Shown here: positions 9,636 to 18,788 of the stretch, one piece after another
Layout: each line of letters begins with the position of its first letter
Numbering within the stretch: the stretch's first letter is position 1
Assembly (NCBI GenBank): GCA_964461265.1
Contig: CAYWTS010000004.1
Span: forward strand, 52,112 to 116,111
Origin: an uncultured Ignavibacteriales bacterium
GTDB taxonomy: Bacteria; Bacteroidota; Ignavibacteria; Tepidaquicellales; OLB5
Length of the DNA stretch: 64,000 nucleotides
Direction of reading: 5' to 3'
The notes under the pieces: generated by a model
What the model was told of the DNA's origin: nothing
Databases searched by the model: none
The model's input: the letters and a program-made list of their open reading frames with translations, nothing else
Program-made: the position numbers and the translations under genes

Positions 9636-9830
9636 ATGTACAGGCATATACTGGAATCTTTAGACAACATTCAGGCTTATCCATTATTTTCGTTATTGCT
9701 GTTCTTTACTTTTTTTGTAGCTATAATTATTTGGGTTGTAAAGTCAGATAAAAAATATATCAATAAACTGAAAAATCTCCCTTTAGATGATGTTACAATC
9801 AGGGATGATAATTTTGAGGGAGGGAAATAA
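9636..9830 (+). CDS. ccoQ: CcoQ/FixQ-like small membrane subunit
   Basis: 64 aa from ATG 9636 (GGAGGG SD 8 nt upstream): MYRHILESLDNIQAYPLFSLLLFFTFFVAIIIWVVKSDKKYINKLKNLPLDD... One TM followed by a KK.Y...-..PLDD tail as in FCB-group CcoQ. The track ORF start at 9582 lies inside ccoNO. Confidence 0.7.
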   Translation: MYRHILESLDNIQAYPLFSLLLFFTFFVAIIIWVVKSDKKYINKLKNLPLDDVTIRDDNFEGGK

Positions 9831-9831
9831 T

Positions 9832-10767
9832 ATGTTAAAACAAAAATCTAACATTATTAAGATGCTAATATTCCTGCTTCCATTTTTCGGGCTGATATTT
9901 AATACAATTAATTGTTTTTCACAAACTACTTCACAAACCAATGACCAAATGACCGGGTATTCGCAGGCAATTGGTTTATTTATCCTTCTGCTTGTTTTGT
10001 TAATATTTATAGTCTTAATAGTTTATTCGGAAAAGAAATATCGGTTTAAACCGGGGATGAAAGATAAAAGAGCAACTGCACCCGGAAAACTGCGGCAATT
10101 TCTTACTCGTTCGGTACCTGTTGAACAAGAGGAGGATATTATGTTTGACCACAATTTTGACGGCATTAGAGAACTTGATAACAGAATACCACCGTGGTAT
10201 AATTACCTTTTTTATGCAACAATAGTATTCGGGGTGATATACATGTTGCATTTTCATGTATTTGGCGGCAAGCTTATGATAGATGAATATGTTGATGAAA
10301 TTCAGGCAGCTGACCTCCAAAGGCAGGAACTGATTAGAACTGGAGCGTTGATTAATGAGGATAATGTTTCTGCGCTTACCGATGAGCAATCTATTAAGAA
10401 TGGAAAAGATATATTTACTGTTAATTGTGTCCCCTGTCATGGTCCGGATGGGGGCGGAACAGTAGGTCCAAACCTTGCCGATGATTACTGGATTCATGGA
10501 GGGGGAATAAAGAATATTTTTAAAACAATTAAATATGGTGTACCCGTTAAAGGAATGATAGCATGGCAAACCCAGCTAACCCCTAAAAAGATTCAGGAAG
10601 TGTCCAGCTTCATCCTGACATTAAAAGGAACCACTCCTCTTACCCCTAAAGCACCCGAAGGGCAGTTGTATCAGGATACCGGTACAGTTAAGACACTGGT
10701 AAAGGATTCATTAAAAACCGGCACTACTAAAACAGGGATTAAATCCGATTCTTTGAAAAAGAAATAA
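9832..10767 (+). CDS. ccoP: cbb3-type cytochrome c oxidase subunit III (CcoP), mono-heme form
   Basis: Preferred start is ATG 9832 (GAGGGAGGG SD upstream). FixP N-terminal motif HNFDGIRELDNRIPPWY, a TM, and a single CVPCHG heme-c site. Thr/Lys-rich C-terminal tail. Confidence 0.8.
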   Translation: MLKQKSNIIKMLIFLLPFFGLIFNTINCFSQTTSQTNDQMTGYSQAIGLFILLLVLLIFIVLIVYSEKKYRFKPGMKDKRATAPGKLRQFLTRSVPVEQEEDIMFDHNFDGIRELDNRIPPWYNYLFYATIVFGVIYMLHFHVFGGKLMIDEYVDEIQAADLQRQELIRTGALINEDNVSALTDEQSIKNGKDIFTVNCVPCHGPDGGGTVGPNLADDYWIHGGGIKNIFKTIKYGVPVKGMIAWQTQLTPKKIQEVSSFILTLKGTTPLTPKAPEGQLYQDTGTVKTLVKDSLKTGTTKTGIKSDSLKKK

Positions 10768-12188
10768 TGCATTATAACGTAGAAGATACTGATGCAGAAA
10801 GCGGATCTTTCCGTGATTCTATTTCAACTGTTACTAAGGAGGGGAAACGTATATGGATATATCCCAAAAAGCCGGCGGGTAAATTCCATACCATAAGAAT
10901 AATTGTAACGGTTCTTTTGCTCGCATTTCTTTTTACTGCTCCCTTTATTAAAATAAACGGTTTTCAGCTTATTTTATTAAACTTTTTAGAACGGAAATTT
11001 ATCTTTTTTGGGCTCGCCTTCGGGCCACAAGATCTGCACCTTTTTGTTCTTGCAATGATTGCGGCAATAGTGTTCGTATTTCTATTTACCGCAGTTTTTG
11101 GCAGGGTATTTTGCGGGTGGATATGTCCCCAAACTGTGTTTATGGAGATGGTTTTCAGGAAGATTGAATACCTGATAGAAGGAGATCATATCAGGCAAAA
11201 AAAGCTTAACAATATGCCATGGAATGTATCTAAAACTGTAAAGAAATTATTGAAATATTCAATCTTCTTTATAATTTCTATAATAATTTCAAACATTTTC
11301 CTTACATACATCATTGGCACAGACCAACTGGTCAGGATAATAACCGAACCTGTTTCACAGCATCTGTTTGGATTTATTGCAATGTTGATTTTTTCGGCTG
11401 TATTCTATTGGGTATTTGCATCGTTCCGTGAGCAGGTATGCACTATAGTTTGTCCTTATGGCAGGCTGCAGGGTGTGCTACTTGATCCCAATTCGGTTGT
11501 TATAGCTTATGACTTTGTGAGAGGAGAACCCAGAGGAAAAATCAAAAAAAGCGGAGACGGAATTTTGGGTGACTGTGTTGATTGCAGCCAGTGTGTGTAT
11601 GTATGTCCGACAGGTATCGATATTCGCAACGGGACACAGCTTGAATGCGTTAATTGTACATGCTGCATAGACGCCTGTGATTCTATTATGGATAGCCTGA
11701 AACGGCCTAAAGGACTGATTAGATACGCCTCTCTTAATAATATCAAAAACAAGCTTAAGTTTAAGTTTACGCCAAGAATTGTCGGTTATTCTGCATTGCT
11801 GACAATACTTGTCACGGTCCTTGTGACTCTGATAGTAATACGCTCCGATGTATCGGTAACAATCTTAAGAACTCCGGGGCTGCTTTACCAGGAACAGCCG
11901 AATAATATGGTCAGCAATCTTTACAGCATTAAATTGGCTAACAGGACTTTTCGTAAAATACCGGTTTGGCTTCAGTTAGTGAATGCCAGGGGTGAGATAA
12001 AAATTGTTGGAAACGAAATAACTGTTGACGAATATAACGTGAGCGAGAACAAATTTTTTATAAATTTGCCCAGAAACGAGATAACAAAAATGAATACACC
12101 GGTTGAAATAGCTGTTTATGCAGGTGATAAGAAAATAGAGATAGTTAAAACTTCTTTTCTAGGACCTAATCCAGAGGAAAACAAGTGA
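10767..12188 (+). CDS. ccoG: Cytochrome c oxidase accessory protein CcoG/FixG (4Fe-4S ferredoxin)
   Basis: 473 aa. CGWICPQ and CPYGRLQG motifs, two ferredoxin clusters (CVDCSQCVYVCP, CVNCTCCIDAC), C-terminal Ig-like domain. ATG overlaps the ccoP stop. Confidence 0.9.
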   Translation: MHYNVEDTDAESGSFRDSISTVTKEGKRIWIYPKKPAGKFHTIRIIVTVLLLAFLFTAPFIKINGFQLILLNFLERKFIFFGLAFGPQDLHLFVLAMIAAIVFVFLFTAVFGRVFCGWICPQTVFMEMVFRKIEYLIEGDHIRQKKLNNMPWNVSKTVKKLLKYSIFFIISIIISNIFLTYIIGTDQLVRIITEPVSQHLFGFIAMLIFSAVFYWVFASFREQVCTIVCPYGRLQGVLLDPNSVVIAYDFVRGEPRGKIKKSGDGILGDCVDCSQCVYVCPTGIDIRNGTQLECVNCTCCIDACDSIMDSLKRPKGLIRYASLNNIKNKLKFKFTPRIVGYSALLTILVTVLVTLIVIRSDVSVTILRTPGLLYQEQPNNMVSNLYSIKLANRTFRKIPVWLQLVNARGEIKIVGNEITVDEYNVSENKFFINLPRNEITKMNTPVEIAVYAGDKKIEIVKTSFLGPNPEENK

Positions 12189-12631
12189 TGAAATGGCACT
12201 GGGGAAAAGGGATTGCGGTAACGTATATAGTTTTTGTAATTGTAGTAGTTATACACGTAATTGTCTTTATTAACCTGAAAGTCGAGCTTGTTACCGATAA
12301 TTATTATGAGAAAGAACTGAATTACCAGGAACAGATAAATAAAATAAATAATGCGAAGAGTCTAAAACAGGGAATAAAACTTGAGCAGTATGAAAAAAGT
12401 ATTAAGCTGATTTTCCCAAAGATTATATCTAATGGAACGATTAAAGGTGAGATATATTTTTATAAACCCTCAGATTCAGGGAAGGATTTTATAATACCAA
12501 TTCAGACAGATGAAAATTACTCACAGCTTATAAAAACAGATACGCTGACAAAGGGTTTATGGAAGATTAAGATCGACTGGGAAGCAGGCGGAATACAGTA
12601 TTACAATGAAGAAATTTTAATAATGTCATAA
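12185..12631 (+). CDS. FixH family protein
   Basis: 148 aa. N-terminal W.WGKGI + TM + LVTDNYYEKELNYQ motif typical of FixH. 4-nt overlap with ccoG. Confidence 0.75.
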   Translation: MMKWHWGKGIAVTYIVFVIVVVIHVIVFINLKVELVTDNYYEKELNYQEQINKINNAKSLKQGIKLEQYEKSIKLIFPKIISNGTIKGEIYFYKPSDSGKDFIIPIQTDENYSQLIKTDTLTKGLWKIKIDWEAGGIQYYNEEILIMS

Positions 12632-12632
12632 T

Positions 12633-13343
12633 ATGGAAATATTTGGAGGGCTTATACTCGGCTTTTTTGGCAGCCTTCATTGTATAGGTATGTGCGGACC
12701 TATTGTGCTTGCCTTACCGGTGAGGAAAGGGGGCAGTTTCGTTTTTATATTAAGGCGTGTTATATATAATCTCGGAAGAGTTGCAACCTATGGTTTGTTT
12801 GGTTTAATTTTCGGGATATTGGGGAACAGGATAGCTTTGTCTGGATTTCAACAGGTTTTGACAATATCTGCAGGCATTTTACTGCTATTGTATTTCGTTA
12901 TCCCTTTACAGGTAAAAAGCAGATTTCTTATAAATCCGGTATTAAATAAACCTATAACTTATCTTAAAAAATTATTATCACGTTTGCTGCAGAATACAAC
13001 CATAGGAGGATTTTTCCTGATTGGTTTACTAAATGGTTTCCTGCCTTGCGGATTTGTTTATATTGGAATAGCAGGTGCTCTTGTACTAAGCGATCCGTTG
13101 CTAAGTATGATGTTTATGATAATGTTCGGATTTGGGACAATCCCTGCTTTGCTTGGCACTGCTATAGCGGGTAAGTTTGTTAGTTTAGGTTTTAGAAAAA
13201 AATTCTCAAAACTTATTCCGGTTTTCTCGGTATTAATTGCCCTAATGTTCATTTTACGCGGTTTAAACCTTGGTATTCCATATATAAGCCCTAAATTACC
13301 TGCTTTTAGCAGTCCTTCGAACCAACATATTAATTGTCATTGA
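12633..13343 (+). CDS. DsbD_2 / TauE-SafE-like membrane protein commonly found at the end of FCB-group cco clusters
   Basis: 236 aa, about 6 TM. N-terminal SLHCIGMCGP motif and a second LNGFLPCG motif. Confidence 0.7.
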   Translation: MEIFGGLILGFFGSLHCIGMCGPIVLALPVRKGGSFVFILRRVIYNLGRVATYGLFGLIFGILGNRIALSGFQQVLTISAGILLLLYFVIPLQVKSRFLINPVLNKPITYLKKLLSRLLQNTTIGGFFLIGLLNGFLPCGFVYIGIAGALVLSDPLLSMMFMIMFGFGTIPALLGTAIAGKFVSLGFRKKFSKLIPVFSVLIALMFILRGLNLGIPYISPKLPAFSSPSNQHINCH

Positions 13344-13444
13344 CTTATAACAATTTCTAACACTTTTACGGTATCCAAAATCCCGATTTTTTCGATTAAT
13401 TTATATTTTGAAAAGGGAAATTTTTAATTATTTTTTAATATCTA

Positions 13445-13717
13445 ATGATTCATCATAGAAGTTTGGATTACTTAAATATGTCCATGACAAAAGAATTTCA
13501 AATAAATGTTTTCTCATCAAGCAACCCGGCTGTTGTTTCTGTTGCAAAATCACTATTGGATGATGCCGGTGTAGTATATTCTATGTCTACGAAGGATATG
13601 GGTGGTGATAAGAAAGGTAAAAAAGTTATAACCGAAATTCTCGTATCGGAAGAACAATTCCAGAAAGCAAAGTCGCTGCTTGTTGAGCTTGAAGAGTTGG
13701 ATTTTGATGTCTGTTAG
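13445..13717 (+). CDS. Small hypothetical protein, DUF2007-like (putative signal-transducing fold)
   Basis: 90-aa ORF. The true start may be at Met12 or Met14 (13478/13484). The pattern V.S.SNP..V.V.KSLLDDAGV......V.EEQ...AK.LL resembles DUF2007. Weak call. Confidence 0.4.
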   Translation: MIHHRSLDYLNMSMTKEFQINVFSSSNPAVVSVAKSLLDDAGVVYSMSTKDMGGDKKGKKVITEILVSEEQFQKAKSLLVELEELDFDVC

Positions 13718-13746
13718 TTGTTCCTCATAGGTTGAGTATTTTGTAA

Positions 13747-13776
13747 ACGGAGATTTATGTCTCCGTTTTTTATTTT
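13747..13776 (+). terminator. Rho-independent terminator
   Basis: ACGGAGA (13747..13753), 6-nt loop, TCTCCGT (13760..13766), followed by TTTTTTATTTTTT. Located 30 nt after the stop of the preceding + strand ORF. Confidence 0.7.
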
Positions 13777-13783
13777 TTAAAAT

Positions 13784-14782
13784 ATGAAAAGAGTTTTAAT
13801 CCTTGGAGGTACCGGTTTTGTAGGCAGATTACTTACCGGTAAATTAATACAATTTGACTACGACATTACCTTGTTTAACAGGGGAAAAAGAAATCCGGAT
13901 TTGTATAAGCATGTGAATCGGATAATCGGTGACAGGAACACAAGTAATATTGATAAAATAGCAGGTATTGACTGGGATGTGGTTGTGGATTTTATCGGGA
14001 TGCTGCCGGTTAATATTGAAAAGATTACGCAATTACTTAAAGGAAAAGCGGGGCGGTACATTTTTGTTTCAAGTGCCAGCGTATATGATTTTGATAACGA
14101 ACCTTCTGCAGGTATGATTGATGAAAATTTTAAATTACTCGAGTGTTCGGACGAGCAAAGAATTAATCCTGATTACACTGCATCGTATGGTAATAAGAAA
14201 GCTGAATGCGAACGTATACTGCTTTCATCGGACTGGCTGGATGTGATTATTTTCAGACCTGCATTAATTTACGGCATCTATGACTGGTCGGACAGGTTTT
14301 ATTACTGGCTCTACAGGGCTAAAAGTGGAGGTGAGATACTGATACCCGATGAAGGCAGATGCAGAAGCACTAATACTTATTCGGTTGATTGTGCAAATAT
14401 TATTCAGTATGCAATTAAAATGCCGAATCACAGAAACGTTTACAATGCAACAACTCACCAACCGGTTACTATAAAACAAATACTTGATTTATCTTGTTCA
14501 ATTTTTGATACACATTCTCAGTATGTAAATGTTTCAGGTGAAAAACTTATTAATGATAAAGTCCAGCCATGGACTGACCTGCCTGTATGGACAGGCGATT
14601 TCGAATTATTGCTTGATAACACAAAGCTGAGAGAAGATTTTAACATTGAGCTGAAGAGTTTCGAAAATAGTATATCAGAAACAGCAGAGTATTACGAATC
14701 ACTTGGCTGGCCGGAGCCAAAATATGGCTTATCACTTGAAAGGGAGAAGGAATTGATAGAGAAATACAAATCCAGCAGTTAA
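13784..14782 (+). CDS. NAD-dependent epimerase/dehydratase family (atypical/extended SDR) protein
   Basis: 332 aa. Rossmann motif ILGGTGFVGR, and YGNKK (YxxxK). Confidence 0.75.
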   Translation: MKRVLILGGTGFVGRLLTGKLIQFDYDITLFNRGKRNPDLYKHVNRIIGDRNTSNIDKIAGIDWDVVVDFIGMLPVNIEKITQLLKGKAGRYIFVSSASVYDFDNEPSAGMIDENFKLLECSDEQRINPDYTASYGNKKAECERILLSSDWLDVIIFRPALIYGIYDWSDRFYYWLYRAKSGGEILIPDEGRCRSTNTYSVDCANIIQYAIKMPNHRNVYNATTHQPVTIKQILDLSCSIFDTHSQYVNVSGEKLINDKVQPWTDLPVWTGDFELLLDNTKLREDFNIELKSFENSISETAEYYESLGWPEPKYGLSLEREKELIEKYKSSS

Positions 14783-15098
14783 AGTTATGATTCAGTAGTA
14801 ATAAGGCAGCATTCGTTTCCATAAGAGCCGGTCGTGGGTAATATTATTATCCCATATTTAAATTTATGCAGGATTCCTGAAGAGTAAGAAATCCCGGTAG
14901 ATTTCTTAAAGCTTATGTATGCTTGCAGCTGCTTGTCTTCCTCAGCTGGCTGTAGACAAGTCCAGGAGGAAGGTTGGGTCTTTTAATAGGTTAATTTTGA
15001 GTAAAATCAGTTAATAATTTTATTGTATAGAATTATCGCAACTTTATTTTTATAATTAGAAAAATTTTTAAAATTTCTCAATAGATTAGGAAGGAAAT

Positions 15099-15692
15099 AT
15101 GGGTGAAAAAGGGAAATCCCGAAAAGGTAAAAATAAGTCAGAGAAGGCTGAAAAAAAACTTAAAATCCTTAATGAGGTAATTCGTAAAAACCGCAGGAAA
15201 ACGATTAAACTATTATCGAAATCTTCCTCGTTAGATGTCAGCGATTATGTTTTTATAGACAGGGATGGCAATAATGTTCTGCTTTCGCAATTGTTTGCCG
15301 ATAAGAATGAGCTCATAGTTGTGCATAACATGGGTAAATCGTGCTCTTACTGTACATTGTGGGCGGATGGATTTAATGGTGTCTCATATTTCATCGAGAA
15401 GAAAGCAGCTTTTGCACTTGTATCACCAGACCCGTTTGATGTACAGCGTGAATTTGCAGATTCGAGGGGGTGGAAGTTTAGGATGTATTCGGGAGCTGCC
15501 ACAACTTTTATCAAAGATATGGGATTTCAGGATTCGGAGGGAAGGTACATGCCTGGTGTTTCGGTTTTTGTGAAAAATAGTGATGGCAGTATGCGAAGAA
15601 CCATTAGGGATTATTTCTTCCCCGGTGACTGGTATTGCAGTGTATGGCATTTATTCGATTTGCTGCCCTCAGGCAAAGATAAGAAAGAGTAA
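15099..15692 (+). CDS. DUF899-like thioredoxin-fold protein with a lysine-rich N-terminal extension
   Basis: 197 aa. Core Y.F.D.DG..V.LS.LF.....LIV.H.M...CSYCTLWADGFNG....I......FALVS resembles DUF899. AGGAAGGA SD upstream. N-terminus MGEKGKSRKGKNKSEKAEKK is highly basic. Confidence 0.55.
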   Translation: MGEKGKSRKGKNKSEKAEKKLKILNEVIRKNRRKTIKLLSKSSSLDVSDYVFIDRDGNNVLLSQLFADKNELIVVHNMGKSCSYCTLWADGFNGVSYFIEKKAAFALVSPDPFDVQREFADSRGWKFRMYSGAATTFIKDMGFQDSEGRYMPGVSVFVKNSDGSMRRTIRDYFFPGDWYCSVWHLFDLLPSGKDKKE

Positions 15693-15761
15693 CAGTTTTA
15701 AACTTAATTATCTCATATCCTTCCTGAATTTTATTTGTAGAATAAATTTTGTTTAATCATT

Positions 15762-16151
15762 ATGATTAAAATGAAAAAAATAACACCGCATTTATTCGTA
15801 AACGATGTTCAGGAAAACATCAGTTATTATGAAAAAATTCTTGGTTTCAAGGTTGACTACGTTCAATCGGATGGGGGAAAACCTAATTTTGCGATGTTGG
15901 TTAATGGCAATGTTGAGTTAATGATTGGTCTAAAAAAGGCTCTTTATAAATACCTGCCTGAATTCGAGAATAAAGAGCTTGCAAGTTCAACCGTTTTTTA
16001 CATTGAAATGACCAATGTTGAATCTTATTATGAAGAAATCAGAGAAGATGTTAAGATTGTTAAGGAATTGCAGGAAACCTGGTATAAGACTAAAGAATTT
16101 TGGATAAAAGACTGCAATGGCTACCTCTTAGCATTTTTTGAAAACGTATAA
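15762..16151 (+). CDS. VOC (glyoxalase/bleomycin-resistance/dioxygenase) family protein
   Basis: 129 aa. ITPHLFVNDV...YYEKILGFKV start and a C-terminal ...D.NGYLLAFFE, typical of single-domain VOC proteins. Confidence 0.75.
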   Translation: MIKMKKITPHLFVNDVQENISYYEKILGFKVDYVQSDGGKPNFAMLVNGNVELMIGLKKALYKYLPEFENKELASSTVFYIEMTNVESYYEEIREDVKIVKELQETWYKTKEFWIKDCNGYLLAFFENV

Positions 16152-16263
16152 TAAACCCGGGAAAAAAGAAAATTGCGTGCTGTTTCCATTAATACCTGTA
16201 ATTTCTCTGAAATTATTATTATGAGAAATTTTTTCTATCGAGTTTATTCTAATTAAACGGAAT

Positions 16264-17523
16264 TTGAGTATAAATCCCGCAGACTTTCCTTCGCAGACTA
16301 ATCATGACCCCTATTCGGCATTAAAAGTTCCTGAGTTCAGGAATTTTGTATTTGCACGCTTTTTTCTCACGGTAGCTTCGCTTATGCAGGCTGTTGTTGT
16401 AGGGTGGCAGATTTATGAACTAACCAAAGATCCGTTATCGCTTGGGCTTATCGGACTAACCGAAGCTATACCCGCAATATGTGTTTCTTTGTTTGCAGGG
16501 CATATTGTAGATACCAATCCGCGAAAGACAGTCTTATTATTTTCTTACATACTTATTTTATTCTGTTCGGTTTCCTTGTTTTTAATATCATCTGATACGA
16601 TTAACACCCTAAGCTTAAACAAAATTGCATTTATTTACGCTGTGATCTTCGTCAGTGGTATAGCAAGAGGTTTTGTTATGCCGTCGTCTTTTGCATTGTT
16701 GTCTCAGCTTGTTCCGTCGAAATTTTTTGCGAACGCAGTTACATGGGGCACTACAACATGGCAGCTTGGTGCAGTAACCGGACCGGCAATAGCAGGTTTT
16801 GTTTACGCAATTGCCGGATTTGCACGGTCATACCTGTGTATTTCAGGTATTGTTTTTCTTGCTATTGTGTTAATCTCATTGATAAAAAATAAACCTGTTC
16901 CTGAACAAATTTTACAGAACTCAATATTTGAGAAATTAATGGCAGGTATTAAATTTGTTATGAAGAATAAGATAATTCTGAGTGCAATTTCGCTTGATAT
17001 GTTTGCTGTGCTGTTCGGCGGAGCCACAGCTTTGCTTCCCATTTTTGCAGCAGAGATTTTATTTGCAGGTCCGGAAGGGCTTGGTTTGCTTCGTGCTGCT
17101 CCTTCGGTAGGTGCATTGCTTATGGCAGTTTTTCTTACACGCAAACCGCCTACAAACCGGGCAGGTGCCAAACTTTTATCGTGCGTATTTGGTTTCGGGA
17201 TCAGTATTATAGTTTTTGCCCTGTCAAAGAATTTTTATCTATCACTGTTTGCTCTTGCACTTAGCGGTGCTTTTGATGCAGTAAGTGTTGTTATCAGAAG
17301 CACAATTATTCAGCTTATGACTCCTGAAAACTTGAAAGGACGAGTATCGGCTGTTAACAGCATTTTTATCGGGTCTTCCAACGAAATAGGAGCATTCGAA
17401 TCAGGGCTGGCTGCAAAAATAATGGGTATTGTACCATCTGTTATTTTTGGCGGGTTAATGACGCTGATAATTGTATTTATTGTATGGTTTTTCTCTCCTA
17501 AATTGAGGAAATTAAATCTTTAA
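16264..17523 (+). CDS. MFS transporter
   Basis: 419 aa, about 12 predicted TM segments. GHIVD...RK loop motif between TM2 and TM3. TTG start. Confidence 0.8.
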   Translation: MSINPADFPSQTNHDPYSALKVPEFRNFVFARFFLTVASLMQAVVVGWQIYELTKDPLSLGLIGLTEAIPAICVSLFAGHIVDTNPRKTVLLFSYILILFCSVSLFLISSDTINTLSLNKIAFIYAVIFVSGIARGFVMPSSFALLSQLVPSKFFANAVTWGTTTWQLGAVTGPAIAGFVYAIAGFARSYLCISGIVFLAIVLISLIKNKPVPEQILQNSIFEKLMAGIKFVMKNKIILSAISLDMFAVLFGGATALLPIFAAEILFAGPEGLGLLRAAPSVGALLMAVFLTRKPPTNRAGAKLLSCVFGFGISIIVFALSKNFYLSLFALALSGAFDAVSVVIRSTIIQLMTPENLKGRVSAVNSIFIGSSNEIGAFESGLAAKIMGIVPSVIFGGLMTLIIVFIVWFFSPKLRKLNL

Positions 17524-17540
17524 AATACAAAAAAATAAAT

Positions 17541-18311
17541 GTGAAATATTCTATTCTAATTTTAAGCATACTTTTAATAAACTCACTTATATTTTCCCAA
17601 ACAGGTGATACAATAGCTACATCTTCAGGGTTAAAATATATTATTCTGAAAAAAGGGACGGGTAAAAAATCCAAAACCGGTAAAGCTGTCGAAGTTCATT
17701 ATACAGGGTGGCTTACCGACGGTAAAAAATTCGATTCATCTTTAGACCGTAACGAAACATTCGAGTTTACTCTTGGTGAATCACAGGTTATTAAAGGCTG
17801 GGATGAAGGAGTGGCATTAATGCGTGTGGGTGACAAGTTCCGTTTTATTATTCCTCCTGAGCTTGCTTATGGTGAAAAAGGAGCAGGTGAAATAATTCCC
17901 CCCAACTCAACGCTGATATTCGATGTTGAGGTGCTTGGCATACATAAACCCAGGCTATCTATTATCGATACCCTAATGATAGTTTATGTTGAAAAAGGTG
18001 TTAATGCTGCAGTAGGATTGTATTATAAGCTTAAAGAGGAGGATGGTAAAAAATATAATTTCAAGGAAGGGCAGTTAAATACATTCGGATACCTATTACT
18101 GCAAAATGGCAATATTAAAGATGCTATTGAGATTTTTAAGCTTAATGCTGAGCAATTTCCCGAGTCATACAATGTATACGACAGTCTTGGTGAGGGCTAC
18201 ATGATGGACGGAAATAATAAACTTGCTATTGAGAATTATGAAAAATCTCTTGAGATAAATCCTAATAATGAGAATGGCAAGAAAATGCTGGATAAGCTGA
18301 ATGAAAAGTAA
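17541..18311 (+). CDS. FKBP-type peptidyl-prolyl cis-trans isomerase with C-terminal TPR-like domain, secreted
   Basis: 256 aa, signal peptide. FKBP core V.VHYTGWLTDGKKFDSS.DR...F.F.LG..QVIKGWDEGV..M.VG.K....IPP.LAYG, then TPR-like repeats (AIENYEKSLEINPNNENG). GTG start. Confidence 0.85.
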   Translation: MKYSILILSILLINSLIFSQTGDTIATSSGLKYIILKKGTGKKSKTGKAVEVHYTGWLTDGKKFDSSLDRNETFEFTLGESQVIKGWDEGVALMRVGDKFRFIIPPELAYGEKGAGEIIPPNSTLIFDVEVLGIHKPRLSIIDTLMIVYVEKGVNAAVGLYYKLKEEDGKKYNFKEGQLNTFGYLLLQNGNIKDAIEIFKLNAEQFPESYNVYDSLGEGYMMDGNNKLAIENYEKSLEINPNNENGKKMLDKLNEK

Positions 18312-18325
18312 TGATATCACTTGAA

Positions 18326-18352
18326 CCTGACAGGTTTTAGAAACCTGTCGGG
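18326..18352 (+). terminator. Stem-loop after the FKBP gene (possible terminator lacking a U-tract)
   Basis: CCTGACAGGTT (18326..18336) pairs with AACCTGTCGGG (18342..18352): 11 bp including one G-U pair, 5-nt loop. 15 nt after the stop. No T-run follows. Confidence 0.3.
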
Positions 18353-18788
18353 ACTGCGTTCAATTTAAGGTTAAAGGATTTGAAAATGAATTAATGGAGG
18401 ATAGAGCCCTGAATAGTAGCATCAAAAAATGAAATTTCAAATTTCACCGACAGGTTAAAATTATTAACTTATGTTACGCAAAATGATGAAGTTATTATAT
18501 CTCCCGGCTCCGTTTGTAGCGTAAAATTGGTAAAAGCGATTAATAAACAGCACTTTAGCTTTGTAGAAGCGACATAATTTTGTAGATTACCGCTTTCGCA
18601 GGAAAGGTTTGCGCAACTTCAATTGTTAACGTTTTTTGTTTGTATTTCACTGTTGCGAAACTCTGTATAGTCAAGCTGGTTGATTAATCCGCTGCCCGGA
18701 CAGCTGTACTTCAGTTGAATGAAGGTAATTTGTAATCTTTTAGATATATTATTTAAGAGGATTAAGGTATAAATTTACCAGTTTATAA

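Noticed and set aside
9582-9831. Track ORF starts at 9582 (ccoQ) and 9787 (ccoP), implying long overlaps with upstream genes.
   Set aside because: Downstream ATGs at 9636 and 9832 are each preceded by a strong GGAGG-type SD. They start right after the upstream stop codon, and the extensions carry no conserved sequence.
10015-10569. 184-aa minus-strand ORF antisense to ccoP. Similar long antisense ORFs occur at 51000..51422 (opposite fabG), 16803..17171 (opposite the MFS gene), 25485..25874 and 26226..26432 (inside wzx) and 53183..53530 (opposite the Omp85 fusion).
   Set aside because: Each lies entirely within a well-supported gene on the other strand or frame. They have low-complexity or odd composition and no recognisable motif. 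They are typical shadow ORFs in AT-rich DNA.
14944-14980. GACAAGUCCAGGAGGAAGGUUG resembles the SRP (4.5S) RNA helix-8 motif GGUCCGGAAGGAAGCAGC.
   Set aside because: The conserved 3' AGCAGC of the symmetric loop is replaced by AGGUUG. The tetraloop would be AGGA rather than GNRA. No long closing helix can be drawn with the flanks. Not an SRP RNA.
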